Below are positions 51,385 to 60,386 of a stretch of DNA of 64,000 bases, in pieces. How positions within the stretch are numbered: position 1 is the first letter of the stretch; every line of letters starts with the position of its first letter. Made by a program: the position numbers and the translations under genes. The notes beneath the pieces are model-generated. The model was not told the origin of the DNA and searched no databases. It was given only the letters and a program-made list of their open reading frames with translations. Location of the stretch: the IMG/VR virus record IMGVR_UViG_3300011116_001048, positions 54,565 to 118,564 of that record; one strand, 5' to 3'. The stretch comes from a virus.

Positions 51385-51761
51385 GTTAACTCTTTTAAAA
51401 CATTCATTATTCTATGATCCACAGGTATCTCTTCAATTTTTAATTCCGGAATTCGTTTTGGTAATATTTGTAGGAAATGTAAAAATGTTTTTAAATACGA
51501 ATGGTATTTTGGTTCTATACGAAAAAACAGTATTCTAGCACAGCCTTCAACACTAAAAACATTATTAAGAATTAAAATATGATTTAATAGTAGACGTTCT
51601 TTAAGAATTTTCTTTGTTTCGTATTTATTAAAAAGCCTTTTAATGTATTTAATTCTATTTAAATCCTCGTAGAATTCGTTCATCCCTTTACAGCCGGGAT
51701 TATCGTACATTTTAATTGCATAAAGAAGAAAATTATCTTCACTCAAAGGCTCATATAACAT
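51381..51761 (-). CDS. Conserved T4-like hypothetical protein
   Basis: LSEDNFLLYAIKMYDNP..EFYEDLNRIKYIKRLF..KERLLLNHILILNNVF pattern familiar from T4-like cyanophage-type genomes. Confidence 0.75.
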   Translation of the reverse strand: MLYEPLSEDNFLLYAIKMYDNPGCKGMNEFYEDLNRIKYIKRLFNKYETKKILKERLLLNHILILNNVFSVEGCARILFFRIEPKYHSYLKTFLHFLQILPKRIPELKIEEIPVDHRIMNVLKELT

Positions 51762-51764
51762 TTA

Positions 51765-52292
51765 TTAGATCTTTTCTGCTTTTTCAGCTTCTCCTTGTTC
51801 TGGTTTATCCGAATAACGAACAATTTTAGCGTCCATTTTATATAAACCAGTTTCAGCTTCAATTACATTTATTACTAAAGCTAAATGATCACCACCTAAA
51901 ATATCTTCTACCCCATCAGTTACTTTGAATCCTTTGCTTAAATCGTGGTCTGGAGTGGTTCCAAAGGTACCACCGAAACGTTTAAGAGTAAAATGATGTG
52001 GTTTATTGATCTCAACCTGTGTTTTGTTTGTAAAATCAAAATCCAGACCTGCCAGATTAAGCTTTACTCTCATTAAAGAAAGAGCTGCACGAGGATCTAG
52101 ATATTCACGACTAGTAAACGCGTGTAAAAATGCTTGTAATTTTTGTACTTGTGAATCAATTTGAATCTGGTGGATTCCTACATCATCTGAAGCAGAACGA
52201 GTAGAATCTGGTACTGGCCATTGACCTAAAGCACCACCATCAACGTATTCTGATTCCATTAATTGTTGTTTTAGTTGTTTGTAACTTTTCAT
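51765..52292 (-). CDS. Late protein with capsid-targeting-like N-terminus
   Basis: MKSYKQLKQQLMES resembles the T4 internal-protein leader MKTYQEFIAE; GATAAATA at 52307-52314 and GGAG RBS. Confidence 0.7.
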   Translation of the reverse strand: MKSYKQLKQQLMESEYVDGGALGQWPVPDSTRSASDDVGIHQIQIDSQVQKLQAFLHAFTSREYLDPRAALSLMRVKLNLAGLDFDFTNKTQVEINKPHHFTLKRFGGTFGTTPDHDLSKGFKVTDGVEDILGGDHLALVINVIEAETGLYKMDAKIVRYSDKPEQGEAEKAEKI

Positions 52293-52328
52293 TTAAGTCT
52301 CCGTATTATTTATCTGTTTTTAAATGTC

Positions 52329-53813
52329 TTATTTTTTAGTCTTTTTGTTGTTTTTGCCTTTACGCATGGCTAAAACTTTAAAAGTGGCTGTTCGAAATTC
52401 TGCTTCTTCTTGCGAATCTAAACGTTCGTCGGTTTTGATTCGTTTAATATTTCCGCGTTTTTTCATTTTAGCGGCAATTTCGTCTCTTTTTTTTATTTCG
52501 GCTTTAGTCATCGTGCCTTTGTGGTCTTTATTTACCACTTCTTCGTTTATTTTGTTAAAAAATAACGACATTAGTTTATCTTTTAACAATAAATTTGCAT
52601 GTTCATTTATTCCTTGACCGGCTTTATTTGCTTCTATGGCACGAAGTTGAGCAAGGGCTTTATTTTTACTGGAATGAGTACCTAAAACTTTAGTTTTAGT
52701 TTTATTCATCACTATCCATTTTCCGTCTTTATGCTCAATAACCTCATTTAATAGTTCTAGTTCGGTGTTAACATCTTCTTTAACTGACCGCCAAGAACCT
52801 CCTTTTTTCTTGTAACATTTAGCTGCCCAAGCGTTAGCATACGCACTGGGATACACATCAAATTTAGATTTTGCTTGTTTTTTGCACGCTGACCATTTTT
52901 CTGGATCGTTTGGTTTGTTCTTTTCTAAAATAAGAATTTTAGTGTTTTCACAAATTATTTTTACAATTTCTGTAGGATCTATAACCTTTTTTACTTCATT
53001 ATTTTCAAATAACGCAAAATTATTTTTAAAAATTCCCAGAGTACCAAACCAATCACCTGTTGTTGTTTCAATTAAAGCTTTCTTGCCTCTAAATGGTGTT
53101 AAATCTAACTCAGTAAAATCCATACATTCTTTAGTTAGCTGACTTACAGATTTTCCACGTTCCCACATCCGACACGACCAATAACGAGCCTTGGTTCGTG
53201 GACCGGGATTTTCACAGCGATGACGAGCACGAAAATTCTTGCGGCGACCAGGATCGTCCCGTTTAATTTCCATGTTTGGATCGCCAAAACGAACAGTAAT
53301 TACATTACCTTTTTCATTTTTTACACGAACAGCAAACTTTTTTGGACCACCGGGAGTACGAAATGGTTTACCTAATGGAGCATCTTCGTTCAGATATTTC
53401 TTTTGAAGTTTATCTTTAATTTTTTTTACTAGTTGTTTGTCTTTATTGTGTTCACAACCACAATCTTCGTTTGTTGATTCCATGTGTTCGTTCACTTTCT
53501 TTTTCTTTTCTACTCCAGTTTCAACAAATATGGGTTTTTTTCCTTTTTTACCTGTTCCTTTTTCGCCTCTACCTGCTTCCGATTGCGCTGCTCGTTTACG
53601 TTTCACAAAATTTGCAATTCCTTTTTTTCCTAATTTTTTTGCTTTTTGTTTAGATAAACAAGCAGAATATGGTTGTCCTTCTTTGGCATCTCCACATTTA
53701 CCTGCTCTTTTCCCAGCACTGTTATATCTATCCCAACCCGGTTCTTTGGTTGCAGATTCTTTTTTAAACCATTTACCTAAACCTGATTTTGCATAAATTT
53801 CATTTAATCTCAT
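52329..53813 (-). CDS. Multi-module basic protein (putative capsid-internal polyprotein)
   Basis: Basic modules (GLGKWF.., KKFAVRVKN..RKNFRARHRC..ARYWSC, KFDVYPSAYANAWAAKCY, GTHSSKNKALAQLRAIE) separated by LNE/VNE/INE. Confidence 0.75.
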   Translation of the reverse strand: MRLNEIYAKSGLGKWFKKESATKEPGWDRYNSAGKRAGKCGDAKEGQPYSACLSKQKAKKLGKKGIANFVKRKRAAQSEAGRGEKGTGKKGKKPIFVETGVEKKKKVNEHMESTNEDCGCEHNKDKQLVKKIKDKLQKKYLNEDAPLGKPFRTPGGPKKFAVRVKNEKGNVITVRFGDPNMEIKRDDPGRRKNFRARHRCENPGPRTKARYWSCRMWERGKSVSQLTKECMDFTELDLTPFRGKKALIETTTGDWFGTLGIFKNNFALFENNEVKKVIDPTEIVKIICENTKILILEKNKPNDPEKWSACKKQAKSKFDVYPSAYANAWAAKCYKKKGGSWRSVKEDVNTELELLNEVIEHKDGKWIVMNKTKTKVLGTHSSKNKALAQLRAIEANKAGQGINEHANLLLKDKLMSLFFNKINEEVVNKDHKGTMTKAEIKKRDEIAAKMKKRGNIKRIKTDERLDSQEEAEFRTATFKVLAMRKGKNNKKTKK

Positions 53814-54439
53814 TTGTGTTGTTGTCCTAATTGCGCCGTAATTTGGTCACGGATTTTCATCAGTTGGCCGGAAGAATAGATCTCGTCTATACGTTCAGCT
53901 TTGAGACTACTACACCACTGAACCATTAAAAACCCGGTTAATTGATTCATTATTCGTATAGGAAGTACAGCAAAAGCTTCTACGTTTCGTGATTCCAAGT
54001 ATTGTTTTAAATACGAATTTTTCAGATCTACTGTATAATGAATTTTAGAATCGTCTGCTAAAACCAAATTTAACAAAGGAATAAACATTGAACACAACAG
54101 CCCTTTAATTCTGTTTGCGTCAGAGTCTATGCCTTTTTCTAATGATTCATGAGTTAAACTAAACTTTCTCATAGACACACCATCCATAAAATATTCGCCG
54201 TTATGAAATTGAATTATTTGTGATCTGGCCGCATCGGTTAATACTCGAAGCTCTGTAAGGACTTCATGGATTTCACTATGTACCATTATAAAATTATCAT
54301 TTTTACCAAATTCAATTTTATGGTTTTGCCAGTATTTGTACCCGCCTATAATTAATCCACATATTAGGGCCGCATAAACACTATACGATTCAAATACTTT
54401 TATAACATCTTGGTAAAAATTGTAATGACCGTCGATCAT
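53810..54439 (-). CDS. Single-TM protein with GAF-like C-terminal domain (T4 holin T-like architecture)
   Basis: TM YAALICGLIIGGY, then RSQIIQFHNG..KFSLTHE..AFAVLPI..TGFLMVQW. Confidence 0.6.
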   Translation of the reverse strand: MIDGHYNFYQDVIKVFESYSVYAALICGLIIGGYKYWQNHKIEFGKNDNFIMVHSEIHEVLTELRVLTDAARSQIIQFHNGEYFMDGVSMRKFSLTHESLEKGIDSDANRIKGLLCSMFIPLLNLVLADDSKIHYTVDLKNSYLKQYLESRNVEAFAVLPIRIMNQLTGFLMVQWCSSLKAERIDEIYSSGQLMKIRDQITAQLGQQHK

Positions 54440-54449
54440 GGAATGCCTT

Positions 54450-56831
54450 TTATTTTTTATTTTTCTTTTTCTTTAACTGTACTTCTAGATAAGGAATGCT
54501 TGCTCTACCAACGAAAGGAAAATTGGAACCAGGAGTGTCTTTTAGTAGCTTTTCGACTACTTCTGGGGTGCCTTCAAATCCAGCGCCATGATCCTCATTC
54601 ATGCTGCGGTTTTTAGATTTGGGTAATACTCGTAGATTGCTATCGCCGTTATTTTTTGGATTGCCGTCTTTATGGTCTACATCTTTACCGTCACCTTTGC
54701 GGACTTTGCCCTTTTTCTCCATTTTACGACGAGCTAATACACGTTTGCTGCGGTTAGCACGTTGTTCCGGTTTGCTGTGATAATTATCGTATTCTTTACG
54801 GTAATTTCTAGCTTCAGTTAACCCGAATTCATTTTCCATTATGATGAGAGCATCCAACATGTCAATATTTCCTGCTTTGATATTTTCTATCAAAGAATCG
54901 TTCAGTAAAATATATTGTTCCAGGAGTGCGTCTGCACCTTTTTCTAGAACATTTTGTTCATTGCCTTCGGGATCGTAATTTTTTTGAACCGGAATTTGAA
55001 TTTGTTCTTCTGAATTGGTATTTGCATTAAAAATGATTGTATTGCTTGCATCATTATCACCCGCATAAAAATCAGAATATTCTATTGGCATTTTAAATGT
55101 AGCATCTGAAATTCCTAGTTCAAATGCTTGTAAAAACGCTGCAGGAGTATTAATTTGATTTTTAATAGATTCAATGTCACCGATAACAGATAAAGTGTTT
55201 TCCATTAGTGGTGTCATTTTTTGGAACAAGGTTTGTAAAAATCCACCACTAGAATTTGGAGTTTGAATAAATTTTAAAATTAAATTTGTATCTTTAGATT
55301 TGGCCAATGTTAAAGCAAAATTTTGATCTAAAGGAATTGCTTTAGCGTTAGTTCCATCTTTCTTTGCAGTAAACATCATCTGGGCAGAACCGGTTTTACC
55401 ACCAAATTTAATATTGCCTGTGAGAGCTTCTAATAATATAGCAGCTTTTAGGTCGTAATTTTCATTAATATAATTTTCTACTAATTCACCGGCTCGATTT
55501 AACAACGTCTTTTGGGAGTTTTGTGTAGTTTCGGCTCTCCATTTTTCGCGTGCCAAAGCAATAGATCCCTCACGAGAATTTTGTAGTGCTAAAGGTATAG
55601 ATTGGCTTGAAAACGTTTGTCGTAATTGTTGAATAAAATCGTTTACAAACATATCAAAAGAACCAACAATCTGTTGTAACGGCATCATAGCATTTATTGC
55701 ATTAAAAATAATACCGGCTTCCCCTTTACTAATAGGGCGTATTTCTTCTCCAATTTTAATACAAACTCCTAAAGATTGTCCTTTTGTTTTACCGATAACT
55801 GTGGCAGCTGGTGCTGATTCTTTTACGCCCATCTGTGACCATACTTTAGTTGTTTTTACAACAGGATCGGATTTAGTAAAAGTCATAGTGGCAGCAGCAG
55901 GAAATGCAGAATAAATTTCTTTAGCAAATCTTTGCATTGCGTCACCAAACGTTCTGCTTGTATTAATAAATTGTTGATATTCGGTTGACGGTTGTTTTCC
56001 AGATAAAGAATTTAGTGCATCACCAACCCCTGCAACAAATTGAGGAACTGTGTGGTCCCATTCAGGGAAAGTTGAATCTGGATTAGTCATTTCCTTTCCG
56101 TCTTTTGGTGTTCTTAAATGTGGAGGAGTTGGTGTTTCCGTTTTTTCAGATTGTTTTGGTTGCATTTGTTTAGATTTATTTTGTTTTGTGGTTTCTTCTT
56201 TTTCGCGCTCAACACGACCACCAAGCAATCTGATTGATGTTTTGGTGTTCATAAAATTATCTAAACTAGAATAATATGTAAGATCGCGTTTAGTTACATT
56301 ACCTTTATCTTGTTTTTTGGTTTTTCCTTTTAACAGCGTGTGGTGATTTGGATTGTAATCGTGTTTGGTTATAATTTCAATTTTATTTAATTTTGTGTTT
56401 TTAACAATTACAACATTTGCCAGACCAGCTTGCTTTTCTTGTTTACGTGCTTCGCGTTTGCGATCTCTTTCACGATCTTTAGAATCTACTTCCGGGCGCA
56501 TTTTTTGTTTTTCGCGTTTTAACGCAGTTCGTTTAGATTCTGCTTCTGAAAGCAAAGAATTTAAAAATGCATCATTAATTTGTTGGATTTTATCACCAAA
56601 CATAGATTCGCGCATTTGTAGCCCTTTAGCTTTTGCCTGATACAAATCTCTGGCTAGTTCTGCTTTCAATCGTCCTTTTCGTATAGCGGTTTCTCTATCA
56701 AAATTGGCTATTTTTTTTCTGTTTTCAAATTTTTGTTTTTGATACGGAATATTAAGTTCCCACAACAGAATAGATTCTGTTAGAAAGTCAGCGTACTCGG
56801 ATTCATTGAACCAGGAAGGGGTATTAGACAT
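54450..56831 (-). CDS. Large late protein with C-terminal HNH module
   Basis: 793 aa; KDVDHKDGNPKNNGDSNLRVLPKSKNR HNH motif between LTE and MNE sites; CATAAATA at 56843-56850. Confidence 0.75.
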   Translation of the reverse strand: MSNTPSWFNESEYADFLTESILLWELNIPYQKQKFENRKKIANFDRETAIRKGRLKAELARDLYQAKAKGLQMRESMFGDKIQQINDAFLNSLLSEAESKRTALKREKQKMRPEVDSKDRERDRKREARKQEKQAGLANVVIVKNTKLNKIEIITKHDYNPNHHTLLKGKTKKQDKGNVTKRDLTYYSSLDNFMNTKTSIRLLGGRVEREKEETTKQNKSKQMQPKQSEKTETPTPPHLRTPKDGKEMTNPDSTFPEWDHTVPQFVAGVGDALNSLSGKQPSTEYQQFINTSRTFGDAMQRFAKEIYSAFPAAATMTFTKSDPVVKTTKVWSQMGVKESAPAATVIGKTKGQSLGVCIKIGEEIRPISKGEAGIIFNAINAMMPLQQIVGSFDMFVNDFIQQLRQTFSSQSIPLALQNSREGSIALAREKWRAETTQNSQKTLLNRAGELVENYINENYDLKAAILLEALTGNIKFGGKTGSAQMMFTAKKDGTNAKAIPLDQNFALTLAKSKDTNLILKFIQTPNSSGGFLQTLFQKMTPLMENTLSVIGDIESIKNQINTPAAFLQAFELGISDATFKMPIEYSDFYAGDNDASNTIIFNANTNSEEQIQIPVQKNYDPEGNEQNVLEKGADALLEQYILLNDSLIENIKAGNIDMLDALIIMENEFGLTEARNYRKEYDNYHSKPEQRANRSKRVLARRKMEKKGKVRKGDGKDVDHKDGNPKNNGDSNLRVLPKSKNRSMNEDHGAGFEGTPEVVEKLLKDTPGSNFPFVGRASIPYLEVQLKKKKNKK

Positions 56832-56855
56832 AAGCGTACTTTTATTTATGGATTT

Positions 56856-57227
56856 TTACGGTTTGTCTTGAATTTGTGGTTGAATTCGCTCTACAGTAAA
56901 TCCTTTAAAAGTTTTTCTTTTTCCAGAAATTACATCGTGCATAGCCGAAGAATTTATCTTTCTATCACGACAAAATCCTTCAAAATTGTCTGTAATATAC
57001 TTAATTCCGTCCTTGTCTGTAAAAATAAAGATTGTGCGTTTCTTTTTAGTGTGAGAAAATTCTATAGTTTTTCGTACTTTTGATTCCCAAACCCATTCTG
57101 CTCCTACTTTTTTGAATTCTCCACCGTATTTTTCTGTGAATTTAGTTCTGTTTAGCTGACTTTTAGAGTTTCCATTAAAAAGAGCCCATTCTCTGGTATT
57201 ACGTCTGTTTACATTGTTTAGGTTCAT
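56856..57227 (-). CDS. Small protein with NUMOD1-like DNA-binding C-terminus
   Basis: NFEGFCRDRKINSSAMHDVISGKRKTFKGFTV resembles homing-endonuclease HTH modules; no nuclease motif seen. Confidence 0.55.
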   Translation of the reverse strand: MNLNNVNRRNTREWALFNGNSKSQLNRTKFTEKYGGEFKKVGAEWVWESKVRKTIEFSHTKKKRTIFIFTDKDGIKYITDNFEGFCRDRKINSSAMHDVISGKRKTFKGFTVERIQPQIQDKP

Positions 57228-57858
57228 ATTCGTCTCTCCATTCTTTAATTGCTACAGCAAGATCTTTTTTATAATTTTTTGTTTGTTCTACAAACGATTG
57301 GACTGTTCCGTCATCACAACTGATTAATATTACAATTTGTGGTATTTTTTCGCCCGTTCGTTCTTCCCACATACACGCGTACGCTGTCGCTTGCAGGAAA
57401 TAATTGTGAATATCGTCTTTACGTTTAGGTTTAGTGCTGCCTTTAAAATCTATTACACTGGGAATCTGATCGTATTCTGCAATACAATCTACTCTTCCCG
57501 CTATACGCAACGGTTTACTCCACAAAAATCCTTCTACTGCTCGTATATTATCAATTTTATCAATTTTACTTTGAAGCTGATTAAACAGGTCTAGAGTGTA
57601 AGGATCTTGATTAGTTTTAAATTCGGGATTATTTTTAATGTAATTTTCAATTAAAGAATGCAGTTTGGTGCCACGATTTCGTGTACGAATCGCTTCTTTA
57701 GGATTATTTTTACGCCATTCCGCAAAAAATTGATTTTTTTTCCAACCAACAACTGTGGTTACGCTGGGAAAACGCCCGTCCGGAGTCTGGTAAAACCCGT
57801 CGATTCGTTCGGCTTGTGGTAGATCTGTTAGTTTATGATTAAAAAGTTTAACACTCAT
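57199..57858 (-). CDS. PD-(D/E)XK exonuclease (MGME1/Cas4-like phage exonuclease)
   Basis: FPSVTTV, RGTKLHSLIE, AGRVDCI, VIDFKGS, YFLQATAYA. Confidence 0.88.
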   Translation of the reverse strand: MSVKLFNHKLTDLPQAERIDGFYQTPDGRFPSVTTVVGWKKNQFFAEWRKNNPKEAIRTRNRGTKLHSLIENYIKNNPEFKTNQDPYTLDLFNQLQSKIDKIDNIRAVEGFLWSKPLRIAGRVDCIAEYDQIPSVIDFKGSTKPKRKDDIHNYFLQATAYACMWEERTGEKIPQIVILISCDDGTVQSFVEQTKNYKKDLAVAIKEWRDEYEPKQCKQT

Positions 57859-57891
57859 AATATATACATATATCTATACGAGAAAAACACT

Positions 57892-58140
57892 ATGAAAGCA
57901 ATTACTCCAGCATCATACCAAAAAGTATTTCAAATAACGCCGAGCACCAATACCGTTGCTCCTCATCGTGGGCTGCTATTCACGTATAACTCTGCTGCTA
58001 ATTCTGTTGGTTTAAAGTTTGCCGATGGAACTGGTGTTACTTTAGCTAATTTAGGAGCATCTGGTAGTTCTGACGTATTTCCAATTATAGCAAATCAGGT
58101 TATTTCTGCTAGCGGATTAACCGCTTACGGATTAATTTAA
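57892..58140 (+). CDS. Small putative virion protein
   Basis: 82-aa beta-rich ORF (start MKAITP); TATACATA late-like box upstream. Confidence 0.55.
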   Translation: MKAITPASYQKVFQITPSTNTVAPHRGLLFTYNSAANSVGLKFADGTGVTLANLGASGSSDVFPIIANQVISASGLTAYGLI

Positions 58141-59745
58141 TCAGCTGCCTAACATTTTCTTGAAGTAACCGGTTACGTCAGAGCCTGTAGAACTGAATAC
58201 TCGGTACTGTTTTTTTCCATATACTACTCTACGAACCCCTCTAATAGAAGACGCAAACACGTCTACTTTTTTGCCGTCTTGTAGATAAGAAACTTTATAT
58301 TTTTGTTTCTTTAATCGGCGTTGCAGCGATTCTTTGGGAGACAGTTTTCCTTCGGAAACCATAATTTGTTGGGTCATCCATCTACGTAGGAATGGATCAA
58401 ACGCTCCAATACGTTTTTTTGCGGCGTATCTCTCTCCGGCAGCAAGTTGATCTTGATACACTGATTGCGGTAACGACGGCGACGCACCGCTGGTAAAAAA
58501 ATCTGGTATTTGTGGTCTTGCCTTTCCCGGTTTAACTTTAGATTTGCTTTTTCCACTACTTCCATCACTTTTTCCCGTTGTTGCAGCCGCAGCAGCAACC
58601 GCTGCGGCTGTAGCTACTGCTGTTGCTTTTGCTCTTGCTGTGTCTGTAATTTTATCAGCAGTTTGATCTACCGTTTGATCTGCAGCTTTAGCCGCATCCT
58701 TGGCCACATCCTTGGCCGCATCCTTGGCCGCATCCTTGGCGGTATTTTGGGGGCTGGCCGTAGTTTTTCCGGTAACTAGATCTGGTGTTTTTGTTTCCTC
58801 CGGTGCCGCAATACCAGCAGGAGGTGCACCCGCTTCAGGTGCTTTTGGAGCCTTTGGAGAAACAATATCTTGTACAGTTTGTTTACCAGATTTTCCTGCT
58901 GGAGGTGCTGGGGCAGCAGGCTTTTGTGTAACTTTTATTTTTGAAACATCGGATTTAGGTAATTCTGGTGTTCTGGTTGGTGCTTCTATGCTGGCAGGAG
59001 GTCTTGGTGTTGGGCTGTACTCTACACCAGGCTTTGCTTCGGCTGCTCCGAGCTGTAATTTTGCCGCAGCAATAAACGTGTAAAGTGGCTTTTTTAATAG
59101 ATCCATAGCAGTTTTCTTTGCTGCTTGTGTTGCGGTTTCTATTCCAGTTTTAAGTGGACTTGGTGGAGTTGGTTCGGATCTGAGACCGCGTTCATGACGA
59201 GCCAACCACGCTATATCGTCAGCACTTCTTGCACTTGCAGGAGTGTCTCGTATTTGTTGTGCAATTTCGTCTGCTGCTTTTGCGTGTGCAGATTGTATTT
59301 CACTGGTTGAGACTTGTCTTCCTTTTTTTTCTGCTTCTATTTTCAGTTCTGATATTTTTTGAGTGGCTTTTTCTGCGGCTCTTGCGGCTGCGGCTTTTGA
59401 TACTCCTTCTACCCCTGCAACAACAGGTTCAACCTGTTCGGCCAGAACTACAGCACAATTTTTTATTATTTTTTCCGCAATTAAAGAAATATCTTTGGAA
59501 GTAATCTCGTCTTCTGATGTTTCTGTTATATTTGGAATACGGAACGGGCTACCAGCACTCTCGTTTAACACACCAAAATGCACACCCATTCCGTAACAAA
59601 TTATGGTTTGAAACTCGTTTGCTATTTCAGTAAATTCTGTCAGTGTAGGATAACAACCATGCTCTGTTTTAAAGAGCATGGCTGCTTCGGTTAGTAGCGA
59701 TTTAATGTACTGTTTTTCTGAAACTTCTAAAAGAGTATTGGGCAT
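58141..59745 (-). CDS. Pro/Ala/Lys-rich late protein (putative capsid-internal polyprotein)
   Basis: LTE, LNE, LAE, VSE sites; long low-complexity linker; basic C-terminal domain; CTAAATA at 59751-59757, 5 nt before ATG. Confidence 0.72.
   Translation of the reverse strand: MPNTLLEVSEKQYIKSLLTEAAMLFKTEHGCYPTLTEFTEIANEFQTIICYGMGVHFGVLNESAGSPFRIPNITETSEDEITSKDISLIAEKIIKNCAVVLAEQVEPVVAGVEGVSKAAAARAAEKATQKISELKIEAEKKGRQVSTSEIQSAHAKAADEIAQQIRDTPASARSADDIAWLARHERGLRSEPTPPSPLKTGIETATQAAKKTAMDLLKKPLYTFIAAAKLQLGAAEAKPGVEYSPTPRPPASIEAPTRTPELPKSDVSKIKVTQKPAAPAPPAGKSGKQTVQDIVSPKAPKAPEAGAPPAGIAAPEETKTPDLVTGKTTASPQNTAKDAAKDAAKDVAKDAAKAADQTVDQTADKITDTARAKATAVATAAAVAAAAATTGKSDGSSGKSKSKVKPGKARPQIPDFFTSGASPSLPQSVYQDQLAAGERYAAKKRIGAFDPFLRRWMTQQIMVSEGKLSPKESLQRRLKKQKYKVSYLQDGKKVDVFASSIRGVRRVVYGKKQYRVFSSTGSDVTGYFKKMLGS
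58691..58740. repeat. 12-bp tandem repeat x4 (GCCGCATCCTTG) encoding AKDA
   Basis: Four units at 58691, 58703 (one mismatch), 58715 and 58727. Confidence 0.9.
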
Positions 59746-59759
59746 ACTCTTATTTAGTA

Positions 59760-60326
59760 TTACTTTGCTGGCAGCACAAATCGAATAGGCCAGTAACGGG
59801 TACCGTCGCCGTTTCCAAACAATATCCAGTCTTCCACACGAAGAGGATCGTACGGCCTAAGCGTACCGTCTGCCAGATTTACGGTAAAAACACCACCACC
59901 AGTGCCCAACTTACGCCAAACAGCCAGAGAAATAGGCGTTTGGTGTGAATCGGAAATAATGGTGTATCCCTGATCAGCCAGCCAACGGTACATGGCAGGA
60001 GCAATACCCTGCCCAACGTAATCGTTGTGAACACGAATACGATCCATAGTGTACACCTTTCGGCTCCACTGGAACGCTCCGGGCGGAACAGGCGCACTCA
60101 CAAGACGGGCAACCAGCACAACATCACCGTTGTTATCGGTGGCCATAACCAGCACACCATTTCCTTGCAGTGTACGAATGTGCTTCAGTTCAATAGCCAG
60201 ACCGTTCAGGTCACGAGTACCCCAGTGCTTGGTAACAGTACCGGGGGTTTGATCAAACTCCTTGATTTCCTTGTTAAAAGAGGCGAGATGGTCACTATCG
60301 ATTGTAATAGTAGGGGTAAGAATCAT
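59760..60326 (-). CDS. GNAT-family acetyltransferase-like protein
   Basis: IRVHNDYVGQGIAPAMYRW (acetyl-CoA motif A), ISDSHQT..AVWRKL. Confidence 0.68.
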   Translation of the reverse strand: MILTPTITIDSDHLASFNKEIKEFDQTPGTVTKHWGTRDLNGLAIELKHIRTLQGNGVLVMATDNNGDVVLVARLVSAPVPPGAFQWSRKVYTMDRIRVHNDYVGQGIAPAMYRWLADQGYTIISDSHQTPISLAVWRKLGTGGGVFTVNLADGTLRPYDPLRVEDWILFGNGDGTRYWPIRFVLPAK

Positions 60327-60332
60327 AATGGT

Positions 60333-60360
60333 AATATACACCACAGAATAAAAATGTCAA
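60333..60360 (-). promoter_or_regulatory. sigma70-like promoter of the GNAT gene
   Basis: TTGACA-16 nt-TATATT; shares TCTGTGG in the spacer with the rnh promoter. Confidence 0.65.
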
Positions 60361-60378
60361 GAATGAAGTATAAATTTC

Positions 60379-60386
60379 CATAAATA
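60379..60386 (+). promoter_or_regulatory. T4-type late promoter (CATAAATA) of the candidate ncRNA
   Basis: Same box variant as at 56843 and 62023; followed by a structured non-coding unit. Confidence 0.6.

Noticed and set aside
57199-57858. Cas4 as part of a CRISPR system
   Set aside because: No array or other cas genes; matches the common stand-alone phage PD-(D/E)XK exonuclease.
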